From Lophium mytilinum (taxonomy: Eukaryota), in the NCBI GenBank assembly GCA_010093605.1, contig MU004186.1, positions 761,765 to 825,764 on the forward strand: DNA of 64,000 nucleotides, read 5' to 3'. The notes beneath the pieces are model-generated. The model saw nothing but the letters and a program-made list of their open reading frames with translations, made no database searches and was not told the origin of the DNA. Position 1 is the first letter of the stretch, and each line of letters starts with the position of its first letter. A program made the position numbers and the translations under genes. This document shows, piece after piece, positions 1 through 12,541 of the stretch.

Positions 1-456
1 TGCCTCATAAACGCCGACCTGCAGCATCGCCGCTCTGGGCTCAACGTGACCGAAGATACAGGCATTTACATGAACCCGTTCGTGCGTGTCGCGTATGACT
101 CAAACACCCTCTCCTGGCTCGCCCTCACCCGTCGCCCCGAGCGCCTTTACTCATTGATTCACAACATCCTGAGTCACATGGTGGGCATGCCACTTTTCAA
201 CCCACGTCGCACGGAGCAGCCTGGCGAGCAAGCGACGGACAAAGTCTGGCAGTATGACAACCCTGATGCCGTCTTCTCCGGGAATTCGACTGTGGAGGGC
301 TTTAAAGGCGCATATCACGACGTTGAGCGCCTAGCGAGCCCAGGCGGCTTCTGTGGTGGCAGGAAGCTGTTGCTTATTAACGAAAACTCAGCGCAAGGGG
401 AGGGGAAATGGGTTAATCTACCTATCCCTATACCTGCTGGAGGACAAGCCACGTAG
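1..456 (+). CDS. 3' end of a glycosyltransferase family 69 (CAP59/CMT1-like alpha-1,3-mannosyltransferase) gene, truncated by the window start
   Basis: Frame is open from base 1: CLINADL...TGIYMNPFVRVAYD...LTRRPERLYSLIHNIL...GGFCGGR. This matches the C-terminal 'ECCLIHAD...IYMNPFVRVAY' pattern of fungal GT69 proteins. Stop TAG at 454-456. Confidence 0.7.
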   Translation, partial: CLINADLQHRRSGLNVTEDTGIYMNPFVRVAYDSNTLSWLALTRRPERLYSLIHNILSHMVGMPLFNPRRTEQPGEQATDKVWQYDNPDAVFSGNSTVEGFKGAYHDVERLASPGGFCGGRKLLLINENSAQGEGKWVNLPIPIPAGGQAT

Positions 457-1105
457 TAACGGATTTTGCTTTGCATGTAAATGGTTGGGCCTCAGGCTTG
501 TACGATACCATGGCGATCTCGGTTACCTTTTGTTTTTAGATGCATAGCGAAGGCGTTTACTGGAATGGATTGGATCGGAGGCATTTGAAGTCGAGACCCT
601 GTTGTATCTTCTCATTGGTGGTTATGACGGTGTTTTAATGCTGGATTCTGTTACTTATAACGAAGTGGAACTCTGGCAATTCGACGATCACTGCCATATA
701 GATACCCAGAGCATAAACATATATCTGCGGCTTGTACCTTGAACTGGAGATGTGACAGAGTGACCAGCTTCAAAATCGACCTTTGTGTAATAAGCGCGCG
801 GTGAATGGCTGCGGTGTTTCCGGCTAGAACAAATGAAGTTAGCGAGCCGAAGGCAAACTTGGCTGAATTGGACATCAAGGTAGGTGCTTTCATGATGCAG
901 CAGCAAGTGGCCATCACGACTCATTCCAACATCCTCGTCTCCCCCAACCTTTACGACGTAACTTCATCAAGCTCTAAGCTGTTTTGTGTTTCATCGGGAT
1001 ATTGGATACCGTTCTCCCAAGCACAGTAGCACCTGCAAGTACCCGTCAGACGAGCCACCTGCTGTTGGTACCCGGACGAGGCGAGCCGCCTCAGTTGGGC
1101 CCACG

Positions 1106-2788
1106 ATGCCGTTAGATAATGACACGCGCGGGTGGATCATGTCTACTATAAGCGGGATAGGTACCGTCGCCCAAGAACCCTTTGATTGTGCCTTGCTAAC
1201 GCTGTGTCTGTCTTGAAGCTTGCATCGCTGGAGGTAACGTGATCTCCAGATCGGCACTTTGTGTACAGCAGGCTAACGGCTACAACAGCGTCGGTAATAT
1301 GCATAGACGTTATAGTACGACAGTTTCCAGGGCAAAAGAACTTCAAGATCCAAAACAGCAACAACTTCCTATCATGTTCGTTAAGCTTGAGCTTTGGCGT
1401 CATGGTATGCAAATACTCTGTCGATGAGTGGATTTCCTCACTGACTGACCCGTGACTAGATTTTCTCATCACTATACAGTATGCTTCCTTCCGCAAAACA
1501 GTATTTAAATAGGTCTGGACTCTCTCCCAAAGCTGCTGCTTGGATCACTATTGGGTGCTTTTTGGCCGGAGTCGTTGGCATCCAACTTATTTCACGTCTC
1601 ATACATCGTTATATTCCTCACGAAACAGTCGACTGCGACCATGCTCACGATGAAGAGGAAGGAGAAGAAATTCAAGAATGTGACGAACACCAGAAGAGCC
1701 CAAAGTGGATGCGGGATCCTGGATTTCGGAAACAACATCATTCCTATATTGGCTCAGAGTCTGCCGTTAGCACAGATCTTGATTCAGAGCATGTAAACGG
1801 CGAACACTCCCACGTCGGCAACGGAACCCATCACAGCGATACAGACCATAGAAGACCATCATTACAACAAATGGTTAGCGGTCTCGTTACTGGATCAAAA
1901 CGGCTCTGTGATGAGGACGGCCAATGTTTTGGCTACTCAGATCCATGCGGTCAGGACTGCTTCAAAATCGTCCAATCCAGAGGAGGCACCAGAGCCCATC
2001 CCCATTTGGCCCGTCCCGCAGGTCTCAGAACCATGTCGACTCCTCATACGTCCACTCTTACCGGTGAACGCCAACCTCTTCTCCAAAGCGTTCACGAAGG
2101 TGCCCCCCTCAATACCGCCGCCACCGCCGACCACTCCCACTCAACCCACATTAGCCAGACGAGCAGCATCGGCAGCACCCTCTCCCCTACCAACCCCTCA
2201 CCCCCTTTCCTTCACACCCACCCTAGCACCAGCACCCTCTCTACCCAATCCTCCTCCTCTTCTACCCACAAACCCCCCCACACCCACCCCTCCCACCACC
2301 ACCACGTCCCCACCAACGCCTTCCTCTCCATCGGCCTCCAAACCTCCATCGCCATCGCCCTGCACAAACTGCCCGAAGGCTTCATCACCTACGCCACCAA
2401 CCACGCCAACCCCTCGCTCGGCGCCGCCGTCTTCCTCGCCCTCTTCATCCACAACCTCACCGAAGGCTTCACCCTCGCGCTGCCCATGTACCTCGCCATC
2501 GGCTCACGCTGGAAAGCTATGTTCTGGTCCTCGCTGCTCGGCGGCGCGTCGCAGCCCCTCGGCGCGGGCGTCGCAGCCCTCTGGATCCGCTTCTCGGGGA
2601 GATCGGGGGATGGTGACGATGCGCGCGTGTATGGGTGTATGTTTGCGGTCACGGCGGGGATTATGGCGAGTGTGGCGGTGCAGTTGCTGAGTGAGAGTTT
2701 GGATCTCACGCATAGTAAGAATGCGTGCTTTGTGTTTGCGTTTGTGGGGATGGCGGTGTTGGGGGTTAGTAGTGCGTTGACGGCTTAG
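1106..2788 (+). CDS. ZRT3: ZIP-family zinc transporter (Zrt3-like, probably vacuolar), 4 exons
   Basis: ATG at 1106 (MPLDNDTRGWIM). Introns at about 1161-1218, 1234-1288 and 1405-1459 give ...FLSCSLSLSFGVMIFSSLYSMLP. Has a His-rich loop, ZIP metal-site motifs ALHKLPEG and FIHNLTEG, and several hydrophobic helices. Confidence 0.88.
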
Positions 2789-3235
2789 AGGGGACAGGGA
2801 GTGGAGATTGGGAGGGTTGGTTAGAAGATGCTTTTTCGTTGAGTCGTTGTTTGGATTCGATGGCGGTTGGGTTGGTAAGGCGCTTTGGTCTAGGGAGGGT
2901 AAGGCAGGCAGGCTAGGGTTTTGGAGGCGTGTTGGTTTGCGATTTGCGTTTCTAGGAGCTATGGCGGTTATTTTTCTTTCTTCCTGTTTATACTGCTTGC
3001 GTTGTTACGAAATGAGTTAGAACTGGGGGTCTGTAGCATTACATTTTTCTACTAGAAACTCTCAATCATGCGTCAATCAGAGCCACACCAACAACGTGAG
3101 CGCTAAACCATACACGTATAGCACACTTCTGAATTAGGTATGTCTAGCTGATACAGCGGGGAATTCCCAGTGCTAATCCCGATTCCGATCCCCTTCAGTT
3201 CAAGCCGGCAGCGAATTGTGGCTTGTCCGCAGCCT

Positions 3236-5454
3236 TTACAGCTCCTGCTCGGTCCTCGCGTCGATATTAGCAACTTCGGCTTTGGCTTCCTCCCATGATG
3301 CTTGGTTGCGTTTCGCCCAGTCAATGTGGCATTTCGCAAAGGCAATCTGCATTGAAAGGTTAGCCATGGTTGCTTAGTGATATAGGGGTATCGTAGGAGA
3401 GCGACTACACATACCATATACCGCTTCAGATCCTCCTCCTTCTCCGTCTGGAACCGCTGCAGGTCCTTTAGCACGCCGCGCGAGGCGTCTTTGGTATCTT
3501 TCTCCGCGACTTCGAGGGCTTGCTGGAGCTGTGGGGGAGTTAGCTACTCCACATTCTTCTAAACACGAGAGGCCGGGTAAGAGAACAAACCTGTACTAAA
3601 CTTTCCCTCGTCTTCCCAATCTGATCTCTCCGCGTCCTCTCCGGATCCACGTCGGCGATGCCCTGGAACGCATGACTGATTCGCCCGAATATCTTCGTCG
3701 TCACAAAATTCCCGCTCGGGCTCTTCTTGTGGCCGCCGGTCGGTGAGCTGGGCGCTGAGTGCGCAGGGGCGCCCTGTGATGCCGATGGAGGCTGGACCTC
3801 GCCGTGGGTAGGCGGGAAGTCCGAGTCTATGGACGCGGTGTCTTCCTCTCGTCGCGGCCGGTCTGTGCTAGCGCGTTGTGAGGCGGATGATATAGAGCGT
3901 CTTGGGCCCGGAGGGCTGCCTTGGGCGGTCAAGTGCTCTTCGAGCCGTCGCGCTTCCATTTCGCTGCGTTCGAGGGTCTCGAGGAGGGCTTTCTTCTTCT
4001 CGAGCTCATCTTTCGTCATGTCTTCCTGTATCCGCTTGAGGATGCGGTACCGGAGTACGCTGCGGACGACGCCTGCGAATTGGGCGCTCTCTCGCATGGG
4101 TTCGGCGAAGCTTGCGCTAAGGGAGGAGGAGAGCTCGGCGGTTGCGATGTAGGTGGAGTCGACGGCCTGGCCGGTTTTCTCGATGGCTGCGGCGAGGGAT
4201 TGTGATTGCTCGGAGAGGGAGAAGGCGTTGAATTTTGCGCCCAGTTCGGCCATGTCTTCGCCCCAGGAGGTCAGGTGTGAGAGAGTCCTGCGATTTACCT
4301 TTTCCATACTCCCCTGGAGCAGAGCCTCTAGGTCTCGAGATGACGTCTCGAAATTCACAAAGTATGGGTCAAGTTGCTCTTCTGAGAGATTTTGCGATGT
4401 TGGAGGGAATCGGCCGAATATCTGCGGCCCAGGAATGGTATGTGAGGCGGATGATGGCTGAGTGGCGTAGCTTGGTGGAGTTGTGGGGATGCCGGCACTT
4501 GTAGTTCCACCGGCTGTCTTGAGTTTCGCTGAAGCCGATGGGACGGGAAGGAAGTTGTGGGCAGGAGTCGGATTTGCAGCGTCAAGAGGTGGTGCTTTCA
4601 GGACGTTCTTGGGGATGTTCTTCACCGGATCTGAGTTTAATACCTCACTCTGTTCAGAGACACCCGGTTAGCTTTGTTACATATACTGGACCTTGTGGGA
4701 GGAGCGTACCCAGCTCGCATTTGGGTCCAGAAACCTCCACCACACGCCGTCTTCCCGGACGTCCTTCATGCGCCTACACCGATTGAGAAAGACAGCCAGC
4801 ATGCGCTTTCTCAGCTCAATAATACCCGCATCCTCTTTTGCTTTAGTCGGCTTCGCGGCATAGTCGGCCATGGTGTGCTTCTCTGGTATCGGGGGTATAA
4901 TCAAGGTAGGGTGCAGGTTGACCATAGTCGCCCTGAGTGACGCAAATTCTGAGTATCTTCGGCGCACTTCGAGATCCTAATGCGACATTAAGCGGGAAGC
5001 TGTAGCTGTAGCCCCTAGATAACCTACGCCAGTTCTGATTGTATACGCAATGTAGCCGCCGCCGCCCTCGAGGTTCTTTCCCGCATATGTAATGAGAATG
5101 GGCAGATCTGGATTCTCATACAGAACCATCTCGACCCGGCTGTCGTAACCCCCCTTCTTCGGCTCGATTTTGGTCCCCTCCCCGTCGTCTTCGTCGTAGT
5201 CAACTTCACTCATATCCCGAGGCTGGTGGACGAACTCTGGAGAGTCATTGCGGGGAGAGGAGACGTCCGATGGAGGGGTGGCCGGTCTGTATGGCACTGG
5301 GGAGCACGATGAAATTAGCTACTAAGCTTCATCGCAGCAGAAGTGCAGCATGGGACTCACAACTGCCGGGAGAGCCCAAAGCAGGAGCATGGGAGGCATC
5401 CGAGTCGTGTCGGACGAAGGAGCCGTAGGGGTTGTTGTCCTCGTCGTCCCACAT
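3236..5454 (-). CDS. SNX41: Sorting nexin 41 (PX-BAR; Snx41/Atg20 family), multi-exon
   Basis: Starts MWDDEDNNPYGSF. PX domain with RRRYSEFASLR and IPPIPEKH, followed by helical BAR region (LRYRILKRIQ; LKDLQRFQTEKEEDLKRYM). Introns near 5.3, 5.0, 4.67, 3.55 and 3.38 kb. Confidence 0.9.
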
Positions 5455-5808
5455 GGTGGAGTGCTATGGGGATAAGGTAGATTATGCGGTGTGGGAATGG
5501 CGAGGCAATACGGCTGCACAGTGTCGGCGGCGCATGGGACTCGGTGGTGTTGTAGTGAGAATGGCAGTGGTTGGATCTGGAGTTAAGCAGGCGGCGTGAC
5601 GTCCGTCACCGCTGATGCCGGCAGGTCAAGCCCCACTGATGTGACAAGCTTCTCTCGACGACGTACACAAACACTGAACACCATCACACGTGCACCATCC
5701 GTAGCAGCATGGAAGAGACATTTGGGGTCCGACTTGCACAGCTCCAGCACCGCTTCACCGCATGCATACAGTTTCATTGTCTCCACAGCTACTGACACCG
5801 ATCATCCT

Positions 5809-7294
5809 TCACCTGCCTCCATACCCATCTAACGACGACATAATCGACGGCGGTCGTCCTATCACCGCTTCCATGCTGCTATTTGGCGGCAAGTCCGGAT
5901 GCATATATGCTTCATTCGGGTCAAGACTATGGCGAAAATTATCGCCGTTCGTCCCAACCGAGGACGCTCCCTCCCTGCCGTCTCGATACACACGAGAGAA
6001 GTCGGAGCTTGGACCTCTCAGGCTACTCGCGTAATGGCAGGTGTGAAAGCTGGATATGAGCGAAGTGGGCGTGGGAGGACTGTGAAGATACCGTGGGTCC
6101 GGCATTGGTGGCATCTCGATCACAGTTTCCGGTATGACAGGCTCGAAAGGATGCTCTATGGCAGCCTCCGAAGGTACTGGTGAAGGTTCGGGCCCTCGAA
6201 CGTCTGCTACGAATGTTGCATTTTCTACACGCTCTGATATTGCCTCTGGGACATCATCGACTTCTGATGCTTCTGGAGGGGGTTTCGCCGGCTGTCCAGT
6301 TTCCTGGCTATTCGTTTGCGGAGGTGCAGGGAGCTCTGCGACTTTCTCGGAGGTCGCAGTGCTTGGAGGCCGTCGAACATCGATCTCTCCCGTTTGTGTC
6401 GGTGTCTCTTCGGGTACTGACTTCACTACGAGCAACATGCAGGTCAGTGAGTGTTCAAATCGTGGGACTAGCGATACAAGGCTGGCCCCACGAGAGCTTT
6501 GTGGGTCACGGAGGAGTATTACTCGGTGCGTTTCGCCATTTCGTCCTATCTGGTTTGTTCAATACGGGTATTCTCCCTCTCGGGCTGGTAGTTCCATACC
6601 TCCATCCCCGGCCCCTCTGGCCGCCCCTGCCCGTATCCTGCGCCATAGGTGGCATGCCGTTGAAATTGAAGCCCCGGGAGACTCGGGGTGGCATCCTGGG
6701 AGGTGGTCGAGGGTTTGGTCGAGGGTTTGGTCGATGATTGCGCATGTAATCTCTTGGACCAACGTCTTCCACATCAGACGTCCGACTGCGTCGAGCAGCC
6801 TCCGAGGACGACGATGATGACGAAGAGTCAGTCGAACAAGACCGACATTCTCGTTCTTGCACTCTTCTACCCTGGAGACCGGCTATTACCTCAGGCAACT
6901 CATCAACCTCCGCGATATAGTCCACGTGAACTGGTTCTGGCATCGTCGGCATCGTCGGCTGCGGTGGCTCCAGTGGCTGCAATGGCTGCGGGGGTAATTC
7001 TTCCAAGGGAGGTTGGGGTATGTAGTCTTCCGGCATTCTGACATCTCGAACAGGTGGTTGCCATTCGGATACATCGCGCTCATCCCGCTTTTCTCTTGGT
7101 CTCCGTTTCCGCTTTCTATCTCTCCCGCGTTCTGCATCCTGCGCCGCCTGCGTCTCTTTAAGATAATCTTCTCGCTCCATGTCAACGTGCCGTTTTTTGA
7201 TCCATCTACGGCAGTAATGCACACCGATCCACGCCACGATGGCTCCTAGAACGCCTGCGATGATGAACGCGACAGTCGTGCCGCCGTCGCCCAT
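5809..7294 (-). CDS. Hypothetical single-pass membrane protein with a long Pro-rich disordered tail, probably 2 exons
   Basis: ORF 6506-7294 has an N-terminal TM helix (VAFIIAGVLGAIVAWIGVHYC) followed by a basic stop-transfer segment. A phase-compatible intron (GTAATA ~6521 ... CTGAC...GTAG 6426) joins it to ORF 5809-6438. Confidence 0.55.
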
Positions 7295-8317
7295 GATTGA
7301 TGAAGCTAGTAAAAGGTAGAAAATCGCCTACGGGAAAGATGCACAGAAACGATGTACGGCAAATAACACAGGCTTTAATTGATGGGAACAACATCACTTA
7401 TTCTTGCAAGCCTGTTTGTTTTGCCGCCCTTGTGTTTGTTATTTCGGGCGTGGTACTCACATGCGACGCAAACTTCGCTTTTGAAAGGGTAGTTTGTCGA
7501 TGTTTGCTCCACCAATACAGTGCCATGAGCTTGCATACACCTATTTGGTACTACCTGGAAAGCTCCGAAGACGCGTAAGAAACCTAAGCGAGATGGAAAC
7601 AGATCATATTGCGCAACTAGTAGAGTGGCACGCCAGGCAGGAAGAAAGTGGCACACTCAACTGGCAACGTCTGAGGTGGCCTGGAGAGCTATCAGACTTC
7701 TCAAAGCTGGTAGTTCATGAATAGCAATAGAGTACTGGGGGACCTCAAGCGGTGCTAAACAAGCGTATGCAAGCAGAGAAAAAGCAGGTATATCTTAGAT
7801 ATTCGTGGATTGCCATTCCTCGTTGCTACTTAGAATAGCCTACCACGCTGATTCAAAGTAGTTACAGCTGTTTGCCACTGCTTGGAGTGCTCCAACAAGT
7901 TTCCACATCACCCAAAGCTAAGAGTTTCTATCTCTTTTATGCTTTTGAAAAGGGCATTGAAGCATCACAAGCAGCGGCAACAGGTGTACGAAAGGTAGGT
8001 AGGGTAGAGTGCCACCTTTTTCATGCCCCGCGTGAGTGGCTAGGTCACCTTAGGCGTCGACAAAAGAGTGTACACAGACCAAATCACGCTATCTTGAAGG
8101 TTTGCAGAGTTGTAGGTTCTCTTCATTGTTTGTGGTCCGTATCCTATCAATCAACAACCCTACGTCGATCAATGCCATGAACAGTGAGTGGCGTCGTGCA
8201 TCGTGAGTCCCGTGAGCTCAGTCCCTTCGCCATCACAAACACCATCCCTAAAGCCCCACAACTCTCAAATTCTAAAGCCCCGCCCAGTCCAGCCTCGGCA
8301 GCCCCCCGTCAAATGGC

Positions 8318-9256
8318 TCAGACATCCCTAATCCCAGCCTTCATTCCGCCATCCACTCCATCCTCCTCCTCCGCGCACCGGTCGAGATACGCCTGCACGT
8401 TGTTGCGGATCACGCTGAGCCAGAACCAAACGGCCGCGAGCACGCCGATGAAGACGCACACCAGGATGATAATGATGACGTTGTTGCGCTGCATGGTTTC
8501 GACGGCCTTGGCGCCGGCGGGATCGGGCGTCTCGGTGTGGGTGGGATGAGCGGTTGTAGAGGCGCTTTTGACGGTGGTGAGGAGTGTAGTAGTGCGCGTG
8601 GTGCTAACGGTCGTGGTGATTTGGAGAGGAGGGTTTCCGAATGCGTTGAAGGGGAGAGAGCTGTAGGCTGTGGGGTGGTCAATTGGCAGAGCGCAGGGCA
8701 GGGGGCGGCGGAGGAGGCGTACAGCTGGTTGTTTGGATAACAGGAGTTGGCGTTGTTATGGGCTGGCCGGTTGAGAGAATGGTGAGATCGAGGACGGGGA
8801 CTGATGAGAGGTCGTCTGCGGGGCCGTCTGTAAAGTGCGTTCAGTTGTTGTCAGGGAACGCGTTGCGCTCGAACCAATGGTGCAGTGACAGGCCACAATT
8901 TTGGGCACACTGCAGATGGTATGCCACTGCTTGGGGTATCCCCACAGTGTTTCGAAGGCTCGAGGGCGATGTCAAGCTTCAGACAGTGCAGATTAGACTG
9001 CCTCTTGACTAATTACCTGCTCAGCAGCCGGGCTACCCCCAACAGTACTGTTGAGTGGGCAAGTTGGAGCCGAGTGTGCCCAGACTTGTGGCCTACCTAG
9101 GACTGTAGAGGGGGAATCGAAGAGCAGTGTGAGGAGAATTTGGTGGGCAAGTGGTTGTTATTTACCTTGAGCTGGAGCGCCGAAACTGTTTCCTTTGATG
9201 CTTGGTTCCGCAGCCATTTTCGAGGTTGTCCTCGTCAGTACTGCAGTCATCGCCAT
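8318..9256 (-). CDS. Hypothetical Thr-rich single-pass membrane protein, 3 exons; not represented in the ORF track
   Basis: Exon 1 MAMTAVL...GAPAQ, intron 9165-8828 (GTAAAT...CTGAC...TACAG), exon 2 DGPADDLSSVPVL...QTTS, intron 8722-8668 (GTACGC...TTGAC...CACAG), exon 3 SYSSLPF...TTTVSTTRTTT...NVIIIILVCVFIGVLAAVWFWLSVI...IRDV*. Both junctions keep frame. An alternative ATG is at 9217. Confidence 0.6.
8883..9105. mobile_element. MITE-like non-autonomous DNA element (~220 bp) with terminal inverted repeats, lying in intron 1 of the 8318-9256 gene
   Basis: AGGCCACAATTTTGGGCACACT (8890-8911) matches the reverse complement of 9073-9094 (AGGCCACAAGTCTGGGCACACT) at 20/22 positions. Ends are CAGT...ACTG, flanked by TG and TA. 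Internal sequence matches the repeats at 36.6-37.4 kb. Confidence 0.7.
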
Positions 9257-9508
9257 GGACGAGAGGAGGTGTGAAGCTGTGAAGGCCACATTAGGTAGAC
9301 TATCATAGCGAAGGCGCGCGATCACGTGACTATGAATCATGTCATGCGTATAGGAGGTGACATTAAAGCACATACGAAGAAAACGTAGATAGTCCTTATC
9401 TCAATGCAACGTAGCCTGTAGGAGAATAGATATGCAACACTCAAAGCCTGTCAAAAAGCCCTGAATCTCGGACTTCTGCAGCTTCTCTTGTTTATCTCTC
9501 ACCTCCCC

Positions 9509-11508
9509 CTACGCTGCAACGATTTTACCACCGACACACTTCGTCCCCGTCGCCACCTTACCCATATCCACCCATTTCGCAAAATTGCATACGCTGAAGC
9601 CGGTCGGTCCATTGCACTTATAGCTACCGTCTGGACTACACGATGTACCTCCGCCATCACCCCCTCCGCCTCCAGTGTTCGTATCAGCGGCGACATACCT
9701 GTCGTCCCGATAGTAGCCTGGTACAACCACAGGACACTGCTTCACAATACCTCCAGTCGGGTCCCGGTCGCCCCAGTCGATAGCCTGGGGATCGTCTGGG
9801 TTCGCGACGAGCGGGATGCGCGTTGGCCGTGGACGGGGATTGGCATTGGCGCTGCCATCGGGCGTGAGATGTGGTTGACATGCCATACCCGCTGCTACGT
9901 CCTGGGGAGCGCCATAGGTCCAGCCAGAGGAGCTCTGAAAACAGGTGAGGAACGATTTTGACGAAGTGCAAAGGAATGTCCCGGGGTGACATGGGAGATA
10001 CAAAGACGGATCGCCGGTAGCGAACGGAGGGTTGTCGATATCGCAATTCGAAGGCGGAACAGGCATGGGGTCTTCACCTTTCGTAGGCTTTACAGGTTGA
10101 AACTCGGCGGGATTAACGGCAGTTCTGATAGGACCAGGGCCTTGCGGAGGTTGATCAGGTCGACCAGGTCGCCCAGGGCGGTTTCTCCGTGGTGACGCAG
10201 TCACAGTGACCGTGACGTCTGGGAGCTGAATGCATTCTCGCAATGGGCCGAAAGGTCGGGGTGGCTGCTCCATACGAATAAGTCCGTCCAGCCCGAGTTC
10301 GTTCCCGGCGAATTCATCTGGAACGCCATTGTCTGGAGGGAATCCATCGTCTACTAAGCTGGGAGCAGCATTTGGTGCTTCAGTGATTAGAGGTTCATCT
10401 GCTGGTATGGCTTCGGAAGTTAGAGGAGGCACATCGACTGGGATAGGTTCTGGAGTAAAAGCAGACGCTTCAGGTAGGACCACCGCCTCGAGAGCAACTG
10501 ATGATTCGACCGGAAGCTGCTCAATAGTACTAGGCTCTTCGCTAGGGACAACTGCTCCGGGAGCGACAGATGTTTGGGCCGGTCCATTTGCAGGAGAAAC
10601 AGTCTCTTCGCTAGCAAGAGGTAATTCCGACGAGATAGATTCTTCTGTCGGCGCTTCAACATTGTGCCGAAGTGCTCCCTTGCCACCCTCGATAGGTTGA
10701 GGTGCCTCCTCGTTCCCAGCTTGTGCTTCGACGGTCCCAGCTTTTCCAAGGCCGTTGCACTGTCCAGTCTCGCTAGAAGCTGTACTTGCTGAGCTCATGT
10801 CGCCGCCGTATTCCACGTCTTTACCCGGGTCCGGAAACACGACGTCGTGCATCTCAACCGTCTTGCAAGAGTTGATATCAGCCAAGTTCGCGACGTAAAT
10901 GCTCGGTAAGCGGGCCAGTGCTGCAGTGGCCGCTCTTTTCGATCTGGACCTTGCATTGCCGGTGATATCAACGACAGCACAGTTCATGTACCTTTTATAT
11001 CATGGGTCAGCAAGCTCTAAATAGATGCACTAAGATAAACCGATTATTACATTTCGCGGTTACCCTCGTGATTGAACCAAGTCCAAGCAAGCAAAGCTTC
11101 ACCACTAGGAGCTGTGGTTGGGATTGTAAAATCGTAGGTCAAGGCAATGGGACAACCTCCAATTATAGACTTGATAACTTTGAACGTTACCCCGTTGTCG
11201 TATGAAAGAGATATCTGGCAAGAGCCGCCGCCATGTGTTGCCCCTCCAACGATGGTGATGTTGTATGTTTCTCCGGGGTTGTACGATGCGGTCGGCCGCC
11301 AGGGTGTGTTGTATTGGTATCCTTTACAGGCGTAGTCGTCCCCGCTGGGATCAAGTGGCGAGATCATGTTGTAATCCTTCATCTCTGGCGGATTGAGTGG
11401 ATCTAACGGACTGCGAAGTGGATAGGGCCAGCTCATCTGCATATGGGCAGATGCGATTGAAAGACATGATGATACTGCTAATAGTGTACAGAGACGCTTG
11501 AAAGACAT
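9509..11508 (-). CDS. Secreted AA11 lytic polysaccharide monooxygenase (chitin-active family) with a long acidic/Pro linker and two C-terminal Cys-rich modules
   Basis: Signal peptide ends SIASA, followed by an N-terminal His (HMQMSWPYP). Contains [15 protein letters not shown] and [19 protein letters not shown] (one intron, ~11050-10992). The C-terminus has two X278/CBM19-like four-Cys modules. Confidence 0.9.
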
Positions 11509-12088
11509 TTTGAAGACTCCGGCGGTCCTGGGGACCGTTGGAAAAGAGAAGCAACCAGTTTGTTGGCTTTGAAAGGGTTATAGCTAAGCAAGGAGGTATT
11601 CTGATCTTTTGTGTACGCGCCTCAATTCCTAGGAATTCGTCTACGCGTCGGGACCCACGCATATCCTATAAAATAAAACAAGTAGTATGGTCTATCGTCA
11701 CTTCTCCTAAAATACATAAGTGCATGTATCATCAAAACATCTGAACACATAGGCAATCTACCAAGCTTTCAGTCCGCATGTAGTGCTCTCGTTGTTGTGC
11801 TATTCGGGCATTCCTGAGATATCGAAGTCCTTCTGGAATGCTGCTAGACTTAGTGTCCTTCTTTCATCAAAGAGACCCGGAGGAGCAGCTAATCGGGGTC
11901 CAGAAGTGTTGACAGTCTTTTGCTATTCCGACAAAATGTTCGTTACAGTGAGGCCTGAGTTCGGGTTGGCGTATAAAATCCATGCAGTCGTTTAATACAT
12001 AATCTTCTTCCGTCTCTTTTACTCTGTACTATACATCCTCGGTCTTACACCACCAACATCCCCCTCTTCCCTTCCCTAATCCACCCAC

Positions 12089-12541
12089 CTAAAAATCCGT
12101 CACCCGCCCATTATAACTCCAATCCCCACTCCCACCCCACCTCAACGGCTCATTCTTCGGCCCCCCCACCTCCCCCGTCTTCGGATTCACATCCCCTTCA
12201 AACTCCGGCTTCGCGCCCCTCCGGATATTCGGATGCAGTTGCTCGCCCTCCTCCTCGGAGATCTTCCCTTCAAGCTTCACCTCCACCTCTGCCCCATCCG
12301 GCGATTGGTTTATGCGTGCCCTCATATCGCTAGCTGTGCTCGACGCAAGCGACTGGTTGACTTTCGGTGTGCTGAACGCCCCATTGCTTTCTTGCTGGAG
12401 TTTCTCGAACAGTTCTTGCTCTTCGCGTGGGAGCTTGGGGGGAGCGGGACCGGGCCGGAATGGAGAACTGAGGGTGCGGGCGGAGGTGGTGAAGGCGCGG
12501 CGGGAGAGGAGGCGGGGGAGGGCTGTTGTGGGGCGCATCAT
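12089..12541 (-). CDS. SDH8: Succinate dehydrogenase assembly factor 4 (Sdh8, DUF1674), mitochondrial
   Basis: Arg-rich mitochondrial presequence and the C-terminal signature GEVGGPKNEPLRWG..GDWSYNGRVTDF. Confidence 0.92.
   Translation of the reverse strand: MMRPTTALPRLLSRRAFTTSARTLSSPFRPGPAPPKLPREEQELFEKLQQESNGAFSTPKVNQSLASSTASDMRARINQSPDGAEVEVKLEGKISEEEGEQLHPNIRRGAKPEFEGDVNPKTGEVGGPKNEPLRWGGSGDWSYNGRVTDF

Noticed and set aside
1908..2690. 260-aa Pro/Ser/Thr-rich alternative-frame ORF within the ZIP gene
   Set aside because: By-product of C-rich codon usage in the transporter frame; no independent motif.
6696..6735. 12-bp tandem repeat GGTCGAGGGTTT
   Set aside because: It simply encodes the RPNP repeats of the hypothetical protein; not a telomere seed.
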